Assembly (NCBI GenBank): GCA_051294905.1
Contig: CM119371.1
Coordinates: 35,962,001-36,026,000, forward strand
DNA length: 64,000 bases
Origin: Botryllus schlosseri
Taxonomy: Eukaryota
Direction: 5' to 3'
This document shows positions 14,001-27,005 of the stretch, one piece after another. A program made the translations under genes and the position numbers. Position 1 is the first letter of the stretch. Each line of letters starts with the position of its first letter. Under the pieces are notes generated by a model. It had not been told where the DNA came from. It did no database searches and saw nothing but the letters and a program-made list of their open reading frames with translations.

Positions 14001-15720
14001 ATATCACGAGCACGATTGGATGGTATGTATCAGCTTTGAAATATTGTGTTTTCTAGCGGTCAGACAATAAGGATGCACAATGTAACCCTGATACACATGT
14101 GTCACTGCCATATCTTTATTTGAACAGCTTCTTGGAGGTACAGAACTTCAATATACAATTGAATAGTATATTCATATTGAAATGAACACGAATAATTTCG
14201 GCTGACACTCGTCAGGGGTAATCGTCAGCAAACTGCAGGATATGGCAAGAAAAATATACATGACATTTAGTATCAGCTATAGGTCCAATGCCCCCCATTC
14301 AGCTTATCCAGTGTAATCTCAAACTTCCATACGCTCGATAATTCGGATCAATATTAGGGATAGCAGGCCAAATGATGAAGATTTTGAAATCTAAGATGAT
14401 TCAGAACGTAGAGTAGGCTAGTCCATCAACACGAGTTGAGAATTGGAAGAGAAATCCTCGGAACTTTTAACATCCTTACGAGGCGAGAAAAGATTACTTG
14501 GCAAGGTAGAGAAGGTATCTCACTTTCGATCAGAAGAAACAGCTGTTTCGTCATAGTCCTACTTTCGGTAGCTTTGTGTATTGCCGTGATACTGGCATTG
14601 GCATGATACTGTTACCTCGGATTACTGGAGGAGTTAGGAATTCCGATTTACAACTCAAGTGAATGGCAAATGCCGATAGGTAGCTCAAAAGGATCGTAAA
14701 GTGTGGCATTCTCCAAAATGGCAACGTCTTAACAATTGAACACTCAGTTAGTCTTCGTGAATAATACAGAAACATTCAGAATAATACAGAAACATGAAAC
14801 ATTGATTCGTTGCAATATCGCGAGCATGATTGGATCATATGTGTCAGCTTTGAAATAATGTATTTTCTTAGTGGTCAGACAACAAGGATGCACATCTGCA
14901 CATCTAACTCTGATACACATGTGTCCTTGCTATATGTTCATGTCGCACAGCAAACATTCAAAACAGGTAAAATATATAAATAATTTCCCCGAAAACCTTG
15001 ACATAGTCAGAGATGGGAAAGAAGCAAATGTCCTCCAACATATGGAGATGATGGGGGTAAGATACCAGAGTAGATTGGAGTTTACATATGTTAGCTGACT
15101 ATAGCTTAAGTAAATTTTGACCCTGAAACTCGCACTTTATCTATCCTGTAGAAGCAATATCCGTTTAAATCAACTCAATAAAGCAGTGCAAATGTTTATT
15201 TGAAGTCTACTGATTTACTTTCGACTGCTTGTGGTTTTTGAAACGTTTTATACAATAAATACAAAATAATTAAAGTAGTGTTATTATGTGGGTTATGGGA
15301 CAATGTGGTGGGTGCCTAACCCAAAAACTTGACGTGATAGAGAAAAGTGGAAGTCATTTTTTAATTCAGCGCCCAAAAGTTAGTCAAAATCAATTGTCTG
15401 ATCAAAGTCAACAAAATTGTGTTGACCAGAGTTATTTATTATGAAGTCATGAAATTAAAAGTTTTTCTGCTGCAATAATTTCGCTTCTAGTGTTTGGAAT
15501 TGAGCCAAATTTGGTGCGCAACGTTTTTCTAGCCAGAATAATAATTTTATCACGTTGACAGTAAAATTTTAAAAAAGTTTTTAAACAGCCGTAATGTACA
15601 GAAACGTTGCACCATCAAGCTCGACCGTTACATGAGCAATAACATATAAGCCACTTACCCGTCTTGATTAACGCATTCTAGAGCCTTTGCCGTGACTTTA
15701 GAAACGGCTGCTGCATCCAT
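11071..15720 (-). CDS. Spliced TPR-like helical-repeat protein (~352 aa); exons 15720-15659, 12638-12457, 11885-11071
   Basis: GT-AG junctions with matching phases (GG|gtaagt...tttcag|G; G|gtaaga...ttaacag|GA) join three open exons; last exon shows TPR-like A/G/L/Y spacing; paralogous to the 18093-18931 exon. Confidence 0.75.
13035..15431 (+). mobile_element. Degenerate Chapaev3-like (CMC) DNA transposon with internal tandem duplication
   Basis: TTA|cactgggcaaca...tgttgaccagag|TTA; transposase remnants GLLEELRIPIYMSSEWRMPIGSSKRILNCAILRNG (~13803) and PENLDIVRD...MEMMGVRYQ (~14990); ~13380-14110 duplicated at ~14230-14930. Confidence 0.7.
14126..14233 (-). repeat. Hammerhead-bearing repeat copy, core retained
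   Basis: accc-CTGACGA-gtgtcagcc-GAAA-ttat-TC-gtgt at 14186-14219 (minus); one mismatch in helix I. Confidence 0.7.
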
Positions 15721-17577
15721 CTCAACATAAACGTAACGCTAAATAAGATATCGACAATAACTGTGGAAGAAATGTCATTTCAGAATACGCCAATTAGATC
15801 AGGAACAGCCGAACTTCAACGAATCGACTACACATCACACCGCCATAATACCAGTGAATGCTGTACAGCAAGTCTCTTACTATCTCTCTATCCATAGTAC
15901 AAATGACCAGTGGCGCCCTCCATTACTTGCAGTGTCTTCAGAGCGTCATCTCTCGTTTGTAATCAACAACTGATGCGTCTTCCGACGTAGCCTGTGCCTT
16001 AATTATTCAGAAACTTAATCAAGCACAATCGACCGCCCATGACCTGAGTCTGGTACGTCGGACCTGTGTATCGATCGGTTAGGATTCGTATGCGCCCCAG
16101 GATATTTCATTTAGGAAGGCGGTCAGGTAATGAGCGGGGAAAACATACACATACTTTTATCAAAATACACCAGCCAAGGCTGTGCCAACAAGAGAGAGTT
16201 CGTCTATCTTCCAAAACCTGGCTCACCAACCTTTTTGCAACCTAGAGCTACTTCTTGGGTACTGATTGAAGCTACTAGCCAGTAGCTACCATTTACTTCC
16301 GCCGTTTACCCGTATCAGACTGGATTTCCGCTTTGATATTTGTAGCACTGATGGTCAAGATTCACATTGCGGTAAGACTTCTAAGAGAGTCTTTTAAATC
16401 TTTAAATCAAAACATCTCATTTCAACTAGCTAGCCACTAGGATTTTTTAAGAAATCATAAATTACTTCGCACCGTGTTGGTATAAATTATATAACAACAG
16501 TCAACTCAAAGTTTAAAATAAATGAAATCAGACTTTAGACCGGACATTATGTTATCTGGTTCTATATCAGTCAGATGGAAGCCTGGCATTGCATGCTACC
16601 AACTACTGCGATGTACTCCTGTATGTAACTTGACACTGCAACTCTGAGTGAGTGATCCAGATGTACATAGTGAGGCGTGTTCTGTGTTTGTTTTTGATGA
16701 AGTTCATATCCGAAAAGGCTGATTCACAAAGTCGAACCGAACACATTTGCAACCTTCATAGCCGCTGCGCAGGGCGCATGCACCACTGTAGTTTTCTGTC
16801 TCAATAAGGCACCAAAAACTTGCTGCAGCCTAGTGGGCTTTGAGGTGGAGGTCATTTTTCAGTGTTACAATTTCAATCTCCAGCTGTTCAGCACCCAGAC
16901 ATGACAGATTTCAATATACCGGATAGCAGCGACGATTACAGAAAGTTAGAAACATGGTACTAAACTGCGTTGAGTGTAAGAGAAACAAGCTGTGTCAAAA
17001 TATACAATACGTAATGGGCATACAGATATTGAAAATCTGCTAGTACTTCACGGCTATGTGCTACCGAATAGTAATTTGGTTTAGTAATTTGGCATTGTCC
17101 TTGACGCCGAGCTACCATATCGGAATCCCCCGCCATTTCAAGATACCGTGGATAGCATTCCGTCATATCGCTTGTATAGGCAGTGCGCCGTATCCTACAT
17201 CTTCGATATCTTGTGATTCTATTACGTGTCGGTATATTACTAATTGTAATTGAGGATATTTGATATCATCGCTTCAAGTGTTTATGTATATATGTATTGT
17301 CATTTGTAAGTTATACACGTTAGTGTGATTTAAGCAATAGCTAAATAAATCAATTTATATATTTAAAATCTAACTGGTTTAATCTGTCGATTATTGGTAA
17401 ATGCTGCTATTTCTAGAACAGGCTCGTGGGCTACTTGGGGCCCGCGGGCACCATGTTGGTGACCCTTGTTCTAAAAATAGTATATTGAACGCTCTCGTAT
17501 TGGGCATTTCATGCTGATCCCACCATATTTTGTGATACGATTCTTGATATAAGATGTTCTATTAAATTCTCTACTAG

Positions 17578-17652
17578 TTGCTGACGATTACTGCTGACGA
17601 GTATCGGCCGAAAATATTCGGGTTATTTTCAATATGAATGTACTATTAAATT
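17578..17652 (+). repeat. Hammerhead-bearing repeat copy, diverged
   Basis: CTGACGA-gtatcggcc-GAAA-atat-TC-gggt at ~17594-17623; helix I disrupted. Confidence 0.65.
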
Positions 17653-18092
17653 ATGACAATTATAAAACTTGAGTAAATTATTTTATGTCATGTTTTAAAG
17701 AATGTGTAAATCATGTTTTAAAGCGTTTTATAATATCACTAGTTTTAAATGCAGCCCTAACCATACCATCTTTAAACTTCTAAAACTTTAAAAACTTTAT
17801 TCATGGAAGGCGAGTAGATTTGTCAATGAGCTGTTAAAAGTAAAAAGACAAATAGCTGGCCCTTTCAGTACGTATTGTAATTTGGGAAATACATGCAAGT
17901 ACTCAGAAGAAATACAAGGTCTCGGCTACTGACCAGCTCCGGTCGTAAAATCTGGCTACCGAGTCTATGCAATGCGAGCCATCCGGTAAAAGATGAAAAT
18001 AGGAAACGTAGAACTTCAAGTTTATTTTTTTCCAAATTAAAACACAAATTCATTCCAAAGTTTCGAATCAAAAGCCGCAAGTTGTATATCGG

Positions 18093-21000
18093 TCAGAGTA
18101 CTTTTTCGAGCGCCCTCATCTCCAAACTCTCGTTCAAGCATCCGTACGCCATTTCCATGGTGGCCTTCCTGATCCACTCGGTCCTGAAATCTTGAGCCTC
18201 TTCGAAAAAGCTGATCGATTTCTCCAGATATTGCACCGCCTTGCTGTACCTGCGCTTCAGGTGATGGCCGAGACCCAGACGACGGTACATGTACCCGGTC
18301 AGTTGGCACCTGGTGATTGGCGGATTAGGGAGTTTACGCAGCCAGTCGATTAGCGACCGTGCTTGTATGATTGCCATGTCGTGGTTCTCCAAGTTACTGT
18401 AGAGCACGCATAGGTCTTCAGTGCTCGAGCCTATTGCGACAACTTTTCCTTCAATGTCCTCCCACGGGACGGACTTCAAGTCATCCGTAAAATCTGCGAC
18501 GAACTCGATAGCGTGTCGTTCGATAATATACTGCGAGCAGTTGCCAGACTTCATCATGCGATCAGCGAGTTTGAAGATGTTTTGAGAGTTTGCGAATATC
18601 CACACTGCCAACTCTTTAGGCGATCGCTCTTTAGCTCTCTCGGATTTACCGCACACGCGGTACAAAATCATAGCAGCTACATCTCGGCCGTTGAACGCGA
18701 GCTGATCCGCCCACGATTTGACTTCCTCCAGAGATAGAGACGGGCAGTTGTCGATAGCGAGCTGTAAATTGTCGATGCTGCGTTTCGCAATCTCGCGCCT
18801 CAGGTGCACGTCGCAATCTGCCATCATTAGCAGCGTGTCCAGGTCCTTGGTCAATTCGATTTCTTCGATTTGCTCCAACCGCGCCCTGGCAACCTCGTAC
18901 ACTCTGCCTTGCAAGTGCGAATAGGCGAGACCTAAAGAGAGAAAACATTTAATAATTTACTTCAAATGAAAGGAATTGCATAGTTCGGTATTTCAATGCA
19001 TGCACTGTTCATTTCTCGAGTGCAATATAATAAACAAGTTGGGACTCAGCACAACGATTCGAGTTCATGACTCCGAGTCGAGCAATATAAGCAGAAGCCT
19101 TCCCCAACTGCGGTGGTAACACACCGTTGAAACCACTTCGCAAAAGCCTGATATTCACGGAAATTATAGTTAGAGCAGTGACAGACCCGCTACATTGTCA
19201 AACGCGATGAACTAGTCAGAATGGTCAAAAAATACAAAATTATTTTTCAAATCGTGTTAGGAGAGTCGGAAAATAGGTACTATGTACTAATAAATATGTA
19301 CCTCAATACTTTTTTTCACAATTTTTAATACGTCACCCCATCATTTATCCCATTACAGTGAAACAAACAACGTGTTATACATCACATCTGTTCGATTTTC
19401 CATACATTTCAAATAGCCGTGGTTGAAGGAGTGGAAGCAGATACTCAGGTGATGGTAGACCCTATACGCCCTAAATTGCGACTCGATTACCAATGAACTT
19501 GTGGATTTCCAAGTGAAGTAACATGTAGGCCTATGTATTATAGTTGACTAAAAACTGTTTGAGTACCCCGAAAAAGTAAAAACAATTCTTCTAACTACTC
19601 TCAATTTTCAATATTGCATAACCCTAGGATAATTTACGTCAAGCCACGGTCTGCGTTAGTACGGTGATGCCGATGTCCCGGATTAGGTACCGATTTTTAT
19701 TTAGAATATTCATGTCAATGAAACGAGTCATCCCCCTCCCTCCCCAGGTATATAGCTTGTACTCACCTCTCAGGAACGACACAAACGCAAGCTTATCTCT
19801 GCCCAGCTCTCGGTAAAGATCAAGCGTATCTGAAATGGAGCCAACAATCTTCTCAATTGTAGCAAAATATGTTCGTTACTGCTATATGGAGTCAAAAAGT
19901 CTCAAGCGCATAGCCAGCATTGGTAAGCCCAGTAGAAGTTCAAATTCAAGTGGAAGCAGCGTTGTAATAACTCTAGTCATGACTTGGGCTGGGCAAAATC
20001 GAGTACCTGAGTGATTCGATTCTGAATCACGTATTACGCTTCGATTCGAGTATTTGAGTATCACTCATTATGACGTCATAACGGACTCGAGTCGCCATAT
20101 TCTGGTGACTCGACTTGATTCGAGTCATTTTCTGAAAAAGGGAAAATAACTCGACTCGACTCGAGTCAATTTGTGTATTGACTCGACTTGTGCTCGAGTC
20201 ATTGCGCATGACTCGGACCAAGTCATATGACTCGAGACTGGGTCTATCAAGACAGGCATTTCATTGTAATTTCGAAGAATAGTAAAGTTGTTTCACTATT
20301 ATTATTTCATCTATCAGTACTGCCACCTGAAAATGTTACCAGAAACTGCTAAATCTGAGGAAAACTAGTATATTATGAATGCGAAGCATTAAATATCACC
20401 AAGCTGAGCTGAAAAAAGTGGGTATCACATGACATCAACTCGGAACTAACTGAGCAGTGAACACAATGACTTGGACTCGGACTCGAGTCAAACACTATGA
20501 CTCGGACTCGACACTCTATTTCGTGACTTGGACTCGGACTTGACTCGCTGGTGAATTGAAAATGACTCGACTTGACTCGGTCAAAACGATAAAATTGAGA
20601 TTGACTTGTGACTCGAAACCTTACGATTTGGTTACAACCCTGCAGACTTGCACTCTTACTGGACTCGGTGAATTGAAAGTGACTCGACTTGACCTGACTA
20701 AACTAGAGTCAAAACTATAAATGTGAGATTGACTTGCAACTAGGAACCTTGCGACTTGGTTACAACCCTGAGTGTAAGTATGGATGAAACGGTCTTAGAA
20801 AGTTGCTGAGGTAAGTAGTTTCCAAATATACATTTCGTCGTATGTCGCATACTTTTTACAGGTAATCGGAGGTGTCTACTTTCTAAATTCCAAGATCTAC
20901 CATAGCGACAAACGCACAGTGGTTCTCAACCTTTTTCGACTGATCGACCCGTTTTCAAGCTCCACAGTCCACACGTATCACCCCCCTTCCCCCCTATATT

Positions 21001-24000
21001 GGGACCGAAAAATGGGCGTACAAACCGTAATCACCGGCGAGCTGACTAAAAAAGGTCAACTTTTCGGCTCGACCTCGAAATTGCACTTTTACAGCTAAAT
21101 TTTCGCGAGTTGACTAAGAAAAGGGTCACTTCTCCGACTGGACTCCAATATATCCGTTTGAACGTGCCATCGCCCCCTTCGTCCATTTCCGCCCCCTATC
21201 GCCCCTTGTTATTTTCACCTCCTATACCGCTAAATCGACACCGGGGGGCGATATCACCCACGTTGGGAGCCATTCGACTAACGCAAACTGGCTAATGACT
21301 CTACTAACAGGCGAAAGCGTCGAAATTATGTTCATTCACATCGATAAAGGCGTTGTTCCACGCGGTTCTTACGACGAATTAACCCGAAAAAGCTACGCAA
21401 ACTTATCTCAAGACTATCTTCTGCTTGGCAAAATGAAAATTGAGAAAATGGGAAGTTTTGCGGCGCTTCTTCGATATACGCCCCAGATCGAAACAGTGAT
21501 CCCCATGACACCAACAAATGTTTCACATGGACACAATAAAATTTATAAACGTCAAAATAAATTGTTTCTTGCCTTTGTTGTGGAAGGAGGATATTATGGT
21601 TGGAGGAGAGGGGGATATTAGGACTGGGGAGGGGGAGGATTTTAGGGTTGAGTAGAGGGGGATATTAGAGTTGGAGAGGGGGGATATTAGGGTTCGAGGA
21701 ATGATTTATATTAGGTTTGGGAAAGGGGGATATTAGGGTTGGGGAGGGGGGATATTAGGGTTAGGATATTAGGGGATGGGTTTAGAGTTAGGGTTAGAGC
21801 TGGGTTAGGGTTAGAGCTGTGTTAGGGTTCAGGTAACTCAAGAATAGGTTTGGAGTGTGGGACACGATATTCCACACTCTCCCGACCATAATATCCCCAA
21901 CCCTAATCTTGGGATACCCTAACACCAACTTTGACCCTAACCCACCTCCAACCCTAATATCCCCCTTCCCCAGTTCTAATCCTGGAATACCCTAACACAA
22001 CCCTAATATCCACCAACCCCCAACCATAATCTCCCCCAACCCTGATATCCCCAACCCCAACTTTGACCACATCCAACCCTAATATCCGTCTCTCCACAGG
22101 CAAAAAACAATTTATTTTGACGTTTATAAAATTTGATCGTGTTCATGGGAAACACTTGCTGGTTACATGTGAAACACTGTTTCGATCTGGGGCGTATATC
22201 GAAGAAGCGCCAGTTTTGCCATAGTACTGTTAAAGTAAATGAGAACTTGGTAGGGGTATGGTAGGCCATGGTAGGGCATGGCACAATGATTCAAGTGGTC
22301 GAATCTGAATCGACTAATAATTCCAATGATTCGAGTCCGGTGATGACATTGGATTTTTTCCAGCACTGAAATTATTAGCCCCTTGCCACTAAGATATAAT
22401 GTGACCTCTAAAATCATAGCGTCTATGCTTCGGCTCGCGGAAGGCTCAATCCGCGATTGGTCGTATCGCAACACACGAAACCTAGTATAAAGTGGCAATG
22501 ACATTTATGTGAAGTCGTGATTGACCCAGAGCGTTATCACAATGTGCAATGAAAGGCGTGTGGTCGAAAACATACCTAACGATCTTCAATGTGACGTAGA
22601 ACTTGCATTACAATTCTTTTTGATCATATAAAAGGTAGGCTACATGTTTGAACTCAACATACCATCCATGCTACCGTGAGGTAATCATGAAATATACTCT
22701 AATACTCCAAGCTTAATTTCCAATTGAGAATCTAACTACTCCAGCACTCGATTTTGCCCGGCTGCAGGACCTTGTTCAAAAGCCACTGAAGTGAAAGCAA
22801 AACCTACTTCAAGTTCGCCGGGAAAGTATAGGTAATCAACTGACCCCTCTGTTGGGCTATCAATTCGATCGGGATACTACCGTGAAATCTAGCGGTAAAA
22901 GTCTACACGAGAAGCAGATATTGTTTTACCTGAGGAACTATATAGTTCTGCCTCTTTATTACGTCTAACGACCGACGGCGAACGGTCCGACGAGATATCT
23001 CTGTAGCTATCTCCCGATGAGCTATCCATCGTAGAACTTTTGCTGCGATGCAATCCAGCGGGTGGCGTTAGACGCTTGTACGGCGTAGTCGCCGGGCTCT
23101 CTGGCGTCGGCGTAGTGCTGGAGTTCGACAGATCCTCTGGAGTGGTGAGGCTGCCTCGAGATGCCGAGCGATCTCCGGACTTGCGCCTCAGGCGTCCTTT
23201 AGCGATATCCTCTATCAGAGATGTCGATGATAACGCACCTCCGTCGCTACCAGAGGCTCTCGAACTACTAAAAGTGAGAAACACATACTGAGGAGATTCT
23301 TGGAGGTACATAACTTCGATATGCAATTCAGCAATATATTCGAAAACGTTATGAACAGATGACGGCAGCAGCATCAAATTTCACATAATCAAGGCGAAGA
23401 GATCGCTTAAACTCTATGTACTATTTTTAATGGTACACGAACTCCTTCTGATGGCACAAACTGAGTTGGTATATTTTGATAAAAAGTCACATCCAAGGCA
23501 CCCATATGGAAGTGTGAACGGCCTCTCCTGACGACGCTAAATCTCGACAATTTTACACGCGAACAGAACTATCCAATGAACTGTTTGCCGATGGAAGAAT
23601 TCACGGTCTTTGTTGTTCTTGTTCCAGCTTCAGGAGATGAGTCAAGGATGACCATTTTCCGAGCGTGATACACGTGTTCTAATAAATCTAAGGACACGCT
23701 ATTTGATGCGGTCCTGCAAACGTTGTGTCGTTCCTACCATGTAGCTACAGTAACAGTGGCACTTGCACTCGTTGACGACATTGCTATGTTGAAATATAAG
23801 AAAAACGACAATAATTAGTGCGCTCTATATACAGTCAATTTCGGAAACTGTCTGTAGAAGCCTGTTTCAATACTCCAACCAAAACTGACTTTTTACAGAC
23901 CGCTCCCAAAGGTAACCACACACAGCGTGTTGATTAGTGTCATGTTTTAGACGTCATCATATAGAGTAGAGGCCAAGTTATAAGTGATACAGAGGTCATG

Positions 24001-24931
24001 TAAATACTGCGCTGTCCACGGAAATCGTAATAGCCTGTAGCAAAGTGCTGCTACTTTTTTCGAATACCTAATTTGGTTTTGTGCACGTTCGATATTTACC
24101 CGAGAAGCTATGATTTGAAACCATTTCCACGTTTAGTTCACTTGTCAGCTTATAGGGAATATTTACTTTTCAAATCAAGGATTCTTCCTTAGTTCTACTC
24201 CAGTACGAACGACGACTACTCTGGCCATCTCTTGCTAAACGATATTTTCAGAGGTCCACAGACATATGAACATGCGACAATTGTGCACGCGACACAGGAG
24301 CTTGCTGGTTAAATGTACGGGAAGAATTGGATTAGGACTGAATTTACGGTTAGGTTAAGGTGGGGTTGAGATGAATATTATGGAAAATTTCAATATTGAG
24401 AGTTATGGTTGGGGTTAGTGTTAGTATTGTGTTATGAAGTCACATGCTGAAGTGGCGCATGTTAACTGTCCATGCTCAACTGTAGTCTTTCATTGTGTCG
24501 CATGCTCATATGTTGGGAAATAACTTCCAAGTACCAAACATCGCTTTGACGAATCACTTTCACCAATCTCTAGATTTAAATAAAGGGGTAGAGTGGATTA
24601 TACTTCGTGTATCTCCTCAAGTGGGATCACAGAGGTGTTGACGGAACCCACTTATACACCCCTGGGATACAGCTCCGCATATCTGACTTGTTTTCACCTA
24701 TCATAATGGGTAGGTATAACAACACAATTTTAACCAGATAATGTCGATGGCTTGATTAACACCCCGCTTTATGATGGTAAGATTCTAAATACGCCCGTTT
24801 TCCACCACTGAATTCAGAGTATCGGGCGAATAACGGCGTAACAAGAAATACTTGAGATCTTACAACTCCTCTTCTTCCTCGATTGTAGAAAGGCTCCACA
24901 TGCTCCTAGACTTTATCAATCGACCCGCCAT
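18093..24931 (-). CDS. Spliced TPR-like protein with Ser/Pro/Arg-rich low-complexity N-terminus; exons 24931-24864 (tentative), 23267-22930, 18931-18093
   Basis: Acceptor tctctttag|GT at 18931 and donor G|gtaaaa at 22930 are phase-compatible; acceptor ttttag| at 23267; first exon MAGRLIKSRSMWSLSTIEEEEE fits phase 2, but 23781-23738 is an alternative; shares D.DT.L..A.C and GR.VAA..L.R motifs with the 11071 paralog. Confidence 0.65.
19957..20770. mobile_element. hAT-like non-autonomous element with GACTCGAGTC repeats
   Basis: Dense gactcg/cgagtc motifs; ends ggttacaaccctg (end duplicated); internal sequence matches 58247-59158. Confidence 0.65.
21450..22215. mobile_element. Palindromic element with G-rich and C-rich telomere-like repeat arms
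   Basis: ggcgcttcttcgatatacgccccagatcgaaacagtg and tttataaacgtcaaaataaattgttt recur inverted at ~22100-22210; inner arms (ggggatattagggtt)n versus (aaccctaatatcccc)n. Confidence 0.7.
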
Positions 24932-26588
24932 CGTTTGTTAGCTTTGTTCCGTTCGTATGTCCCTGCAGTCAAACCAAAATACCAAAAACTATATATCTTT
25001 ACAACCACCTGAAAGACACATTAATGTAGAAGCCTTGGATCCAACGACTATGTGGATAGGCCTTCGTAAATCATCGTAAAAAGCGATCCATTCGGAGATA
25101 TACTACAACTGTCACGACATTCGCTGGCGCACATCCATCTCGAAGCGAATCGCTACCGTCACAGTTCGCAATTTGTCATTTGGATAGCCGAGAAAAGGAA
25201 TTAGGATTTAACCTCCCGAAATTCTAATGATTGGTAATTCCTGCTGCGAACATTTACCTCGCACCCAAACATCGTATACCGTTTACAGCTGATATCTTTC
25301 ATCTCGGAAAGGGCCCGTCAGTGTTTGCAAGAGCTGATTCCATTACAAAACGCGCCATTACTTGAAATAAAGAAGCTTTAAATATTGGCGAAAACTATAC
25401 GGTGTATCTCTGCTGCACGACCGTAACTACACTACACCACACCGTTTCTAATTGGAATACCGTATATTCAGCTGATGATAATGTGTTTTAATGTGAATTC
25501 TCTAGATATACCGTACCACGACATGACATATCTGTTCCGCCTACTGATATATACCGTTTCTTTTTAATAGCTTGTTCGGTTTATGTTTCCTTGCTGCTAC
25601 TTGTGTTTCAATGAACGTAGCCTACACGTGTTTCGTATTTGCGTATAAGGCCAAGGTGGATGTTCGATTAAAAGACTATAAAGACTATACTTCCATTATT
25701 TACATCTTACGGCAATCGTGTAGTGCTTTGAAATGATGTAATTTTAAATACAGTTACCTCAATCAGCAGATCTCGAAAATAGGTATTCGAGTTGTATATT
25801 TTATCCAAATATCACCCTTCAGTTTACGGATATGAAAGTATTCACAGCGCAGAGAAGTCGTTCTCGCAATTGAATCATTTGAATATTACGCGTATGAGCC
25901 AGACGTTAAAACAATAGCAGCGTCCGGTAAACCACTGCGTTGTCGAAAAGAGCTTCACCAACATTCATCACTCCGAATTTACGTACCACGCATCATAGTG
26001 AAATAGGACATATTGCCTTCACTAGTCTTCTTCGTGGGTATAGCATTTGCAGCCCACCAGTTGAGCGGGCTGCATAGCGGTGAAGTATTTTGCATCGTCA
26101 TATTTAATCGAGTGAACTTTTCGGGCCTAGACTTTTATAGTACGGAGTATAGTTGCATATATGGCTTCATCTACTAGCATTGCAAGCGGACCAGAAACAT
26201 CCAGTCAGTTCAAGGTGGACAAAGGTACAGATTTGATATGACCTCACTACTTTCATTCGGCCATTATTTCAGCAGCAGCGGTACGTTTGTGTTGCTTGAT
26301 TGAAAATCGCAGCAGAGAGTAAGTAATCGTTGATAATATTGATGCCTTCAATTCCCACACGGCTACCGTTATGCTAGTTGTCCTAATGGCAGTGATTAAT
26401 TTAGTCGAAAAAACCCTCAGTAACTGCAGAAGAATAGCATTGGGTAGAATAGGTAAGGGTGCATCTAGGCCGGGTATACATACTTATAGTTCAGATTTTA
26501 TGATGGTATGATGATTTGATGATATGATGGATTCCCAATATTGTAAAATTATCGGGTGCTGGTAACAAGTTTCGCTACTTAAAAATAG

Positions 26589-26669
26589 CGTTGTCGGCAG
26601 GATTCGAACCTGCGCGGCAGAGCCCAACAGATTTCTAGTCTGTCGCCTTAACCACTCGGCCACGACAAC
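26589..26669 (-). tRNA. tRNA-Ser(AGA)
   Basis: GTTGTCG acceptor, TGGCCGAGTGG A box, ACAGA-CT-AGA-AA-TCTGT anticodon arm, long variable arm, GGTTCGAATCC, T5 terminator downstream. Confidence 0.93.
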
Positions 26670-26673
26670 ATCG

Positions 26674-26746
26674 AGCCACCGGTGAGACTCGAACTCACGA
26701 CCCCTGGTTTACGAGACCAGTGCTCTAACCACTGAGCTACGGCGGC
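26674..26746 (-). tRNA. tRNA-Thr(CGT)
   Basis: GCCGCCG/CGGTGGC acceptor, TAGCTCAGTGG, CTGGT-CT-CGT-AA-ACCAG, GAGTTCGAGTCTC. Confidence 0.93.
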
Positions 26747-27005
26747 TGATGAGGAAGCGAAATATAAAGATGTTTGCAACTTTACTAAGTGACAATCGCC
26801 AATGGCCGATATAACTGACACTATTGTAGTATCAGCACCTGTATCAAATCTAAACCTACATGCTACGTGTGTCCTTCAATGTTAAATTTAGTATGCCCTA
26901 CGACCACGGTTTAGCGATGATAACACTAGCGTGCGTACTACAAGTAGGCAACATATATTAGTTGAAAACGGTCGCAATCGGGCTCCTCGGTGTTTCCCTG
27001 AGCAT

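Larger units (their letters stand above)
12731..15593. mobile_element. TAGGGCTGTT-terminal hAT-type element in intron 1 of the TPR-like gene, hosting a Chapaev3 remnant
   Basis: Long imperfect TIRs (tagggctgttcaaaaac / gtttttaaacagccgta); same termini as 27006-27624 and 54747-55032. Confidence 0.65.

Noticed and set aside
21780..21830. True telomere or chromosome fusion site
   Set aside because: Few degenerate TTAGGG units, embedded in an inverted-repeat element
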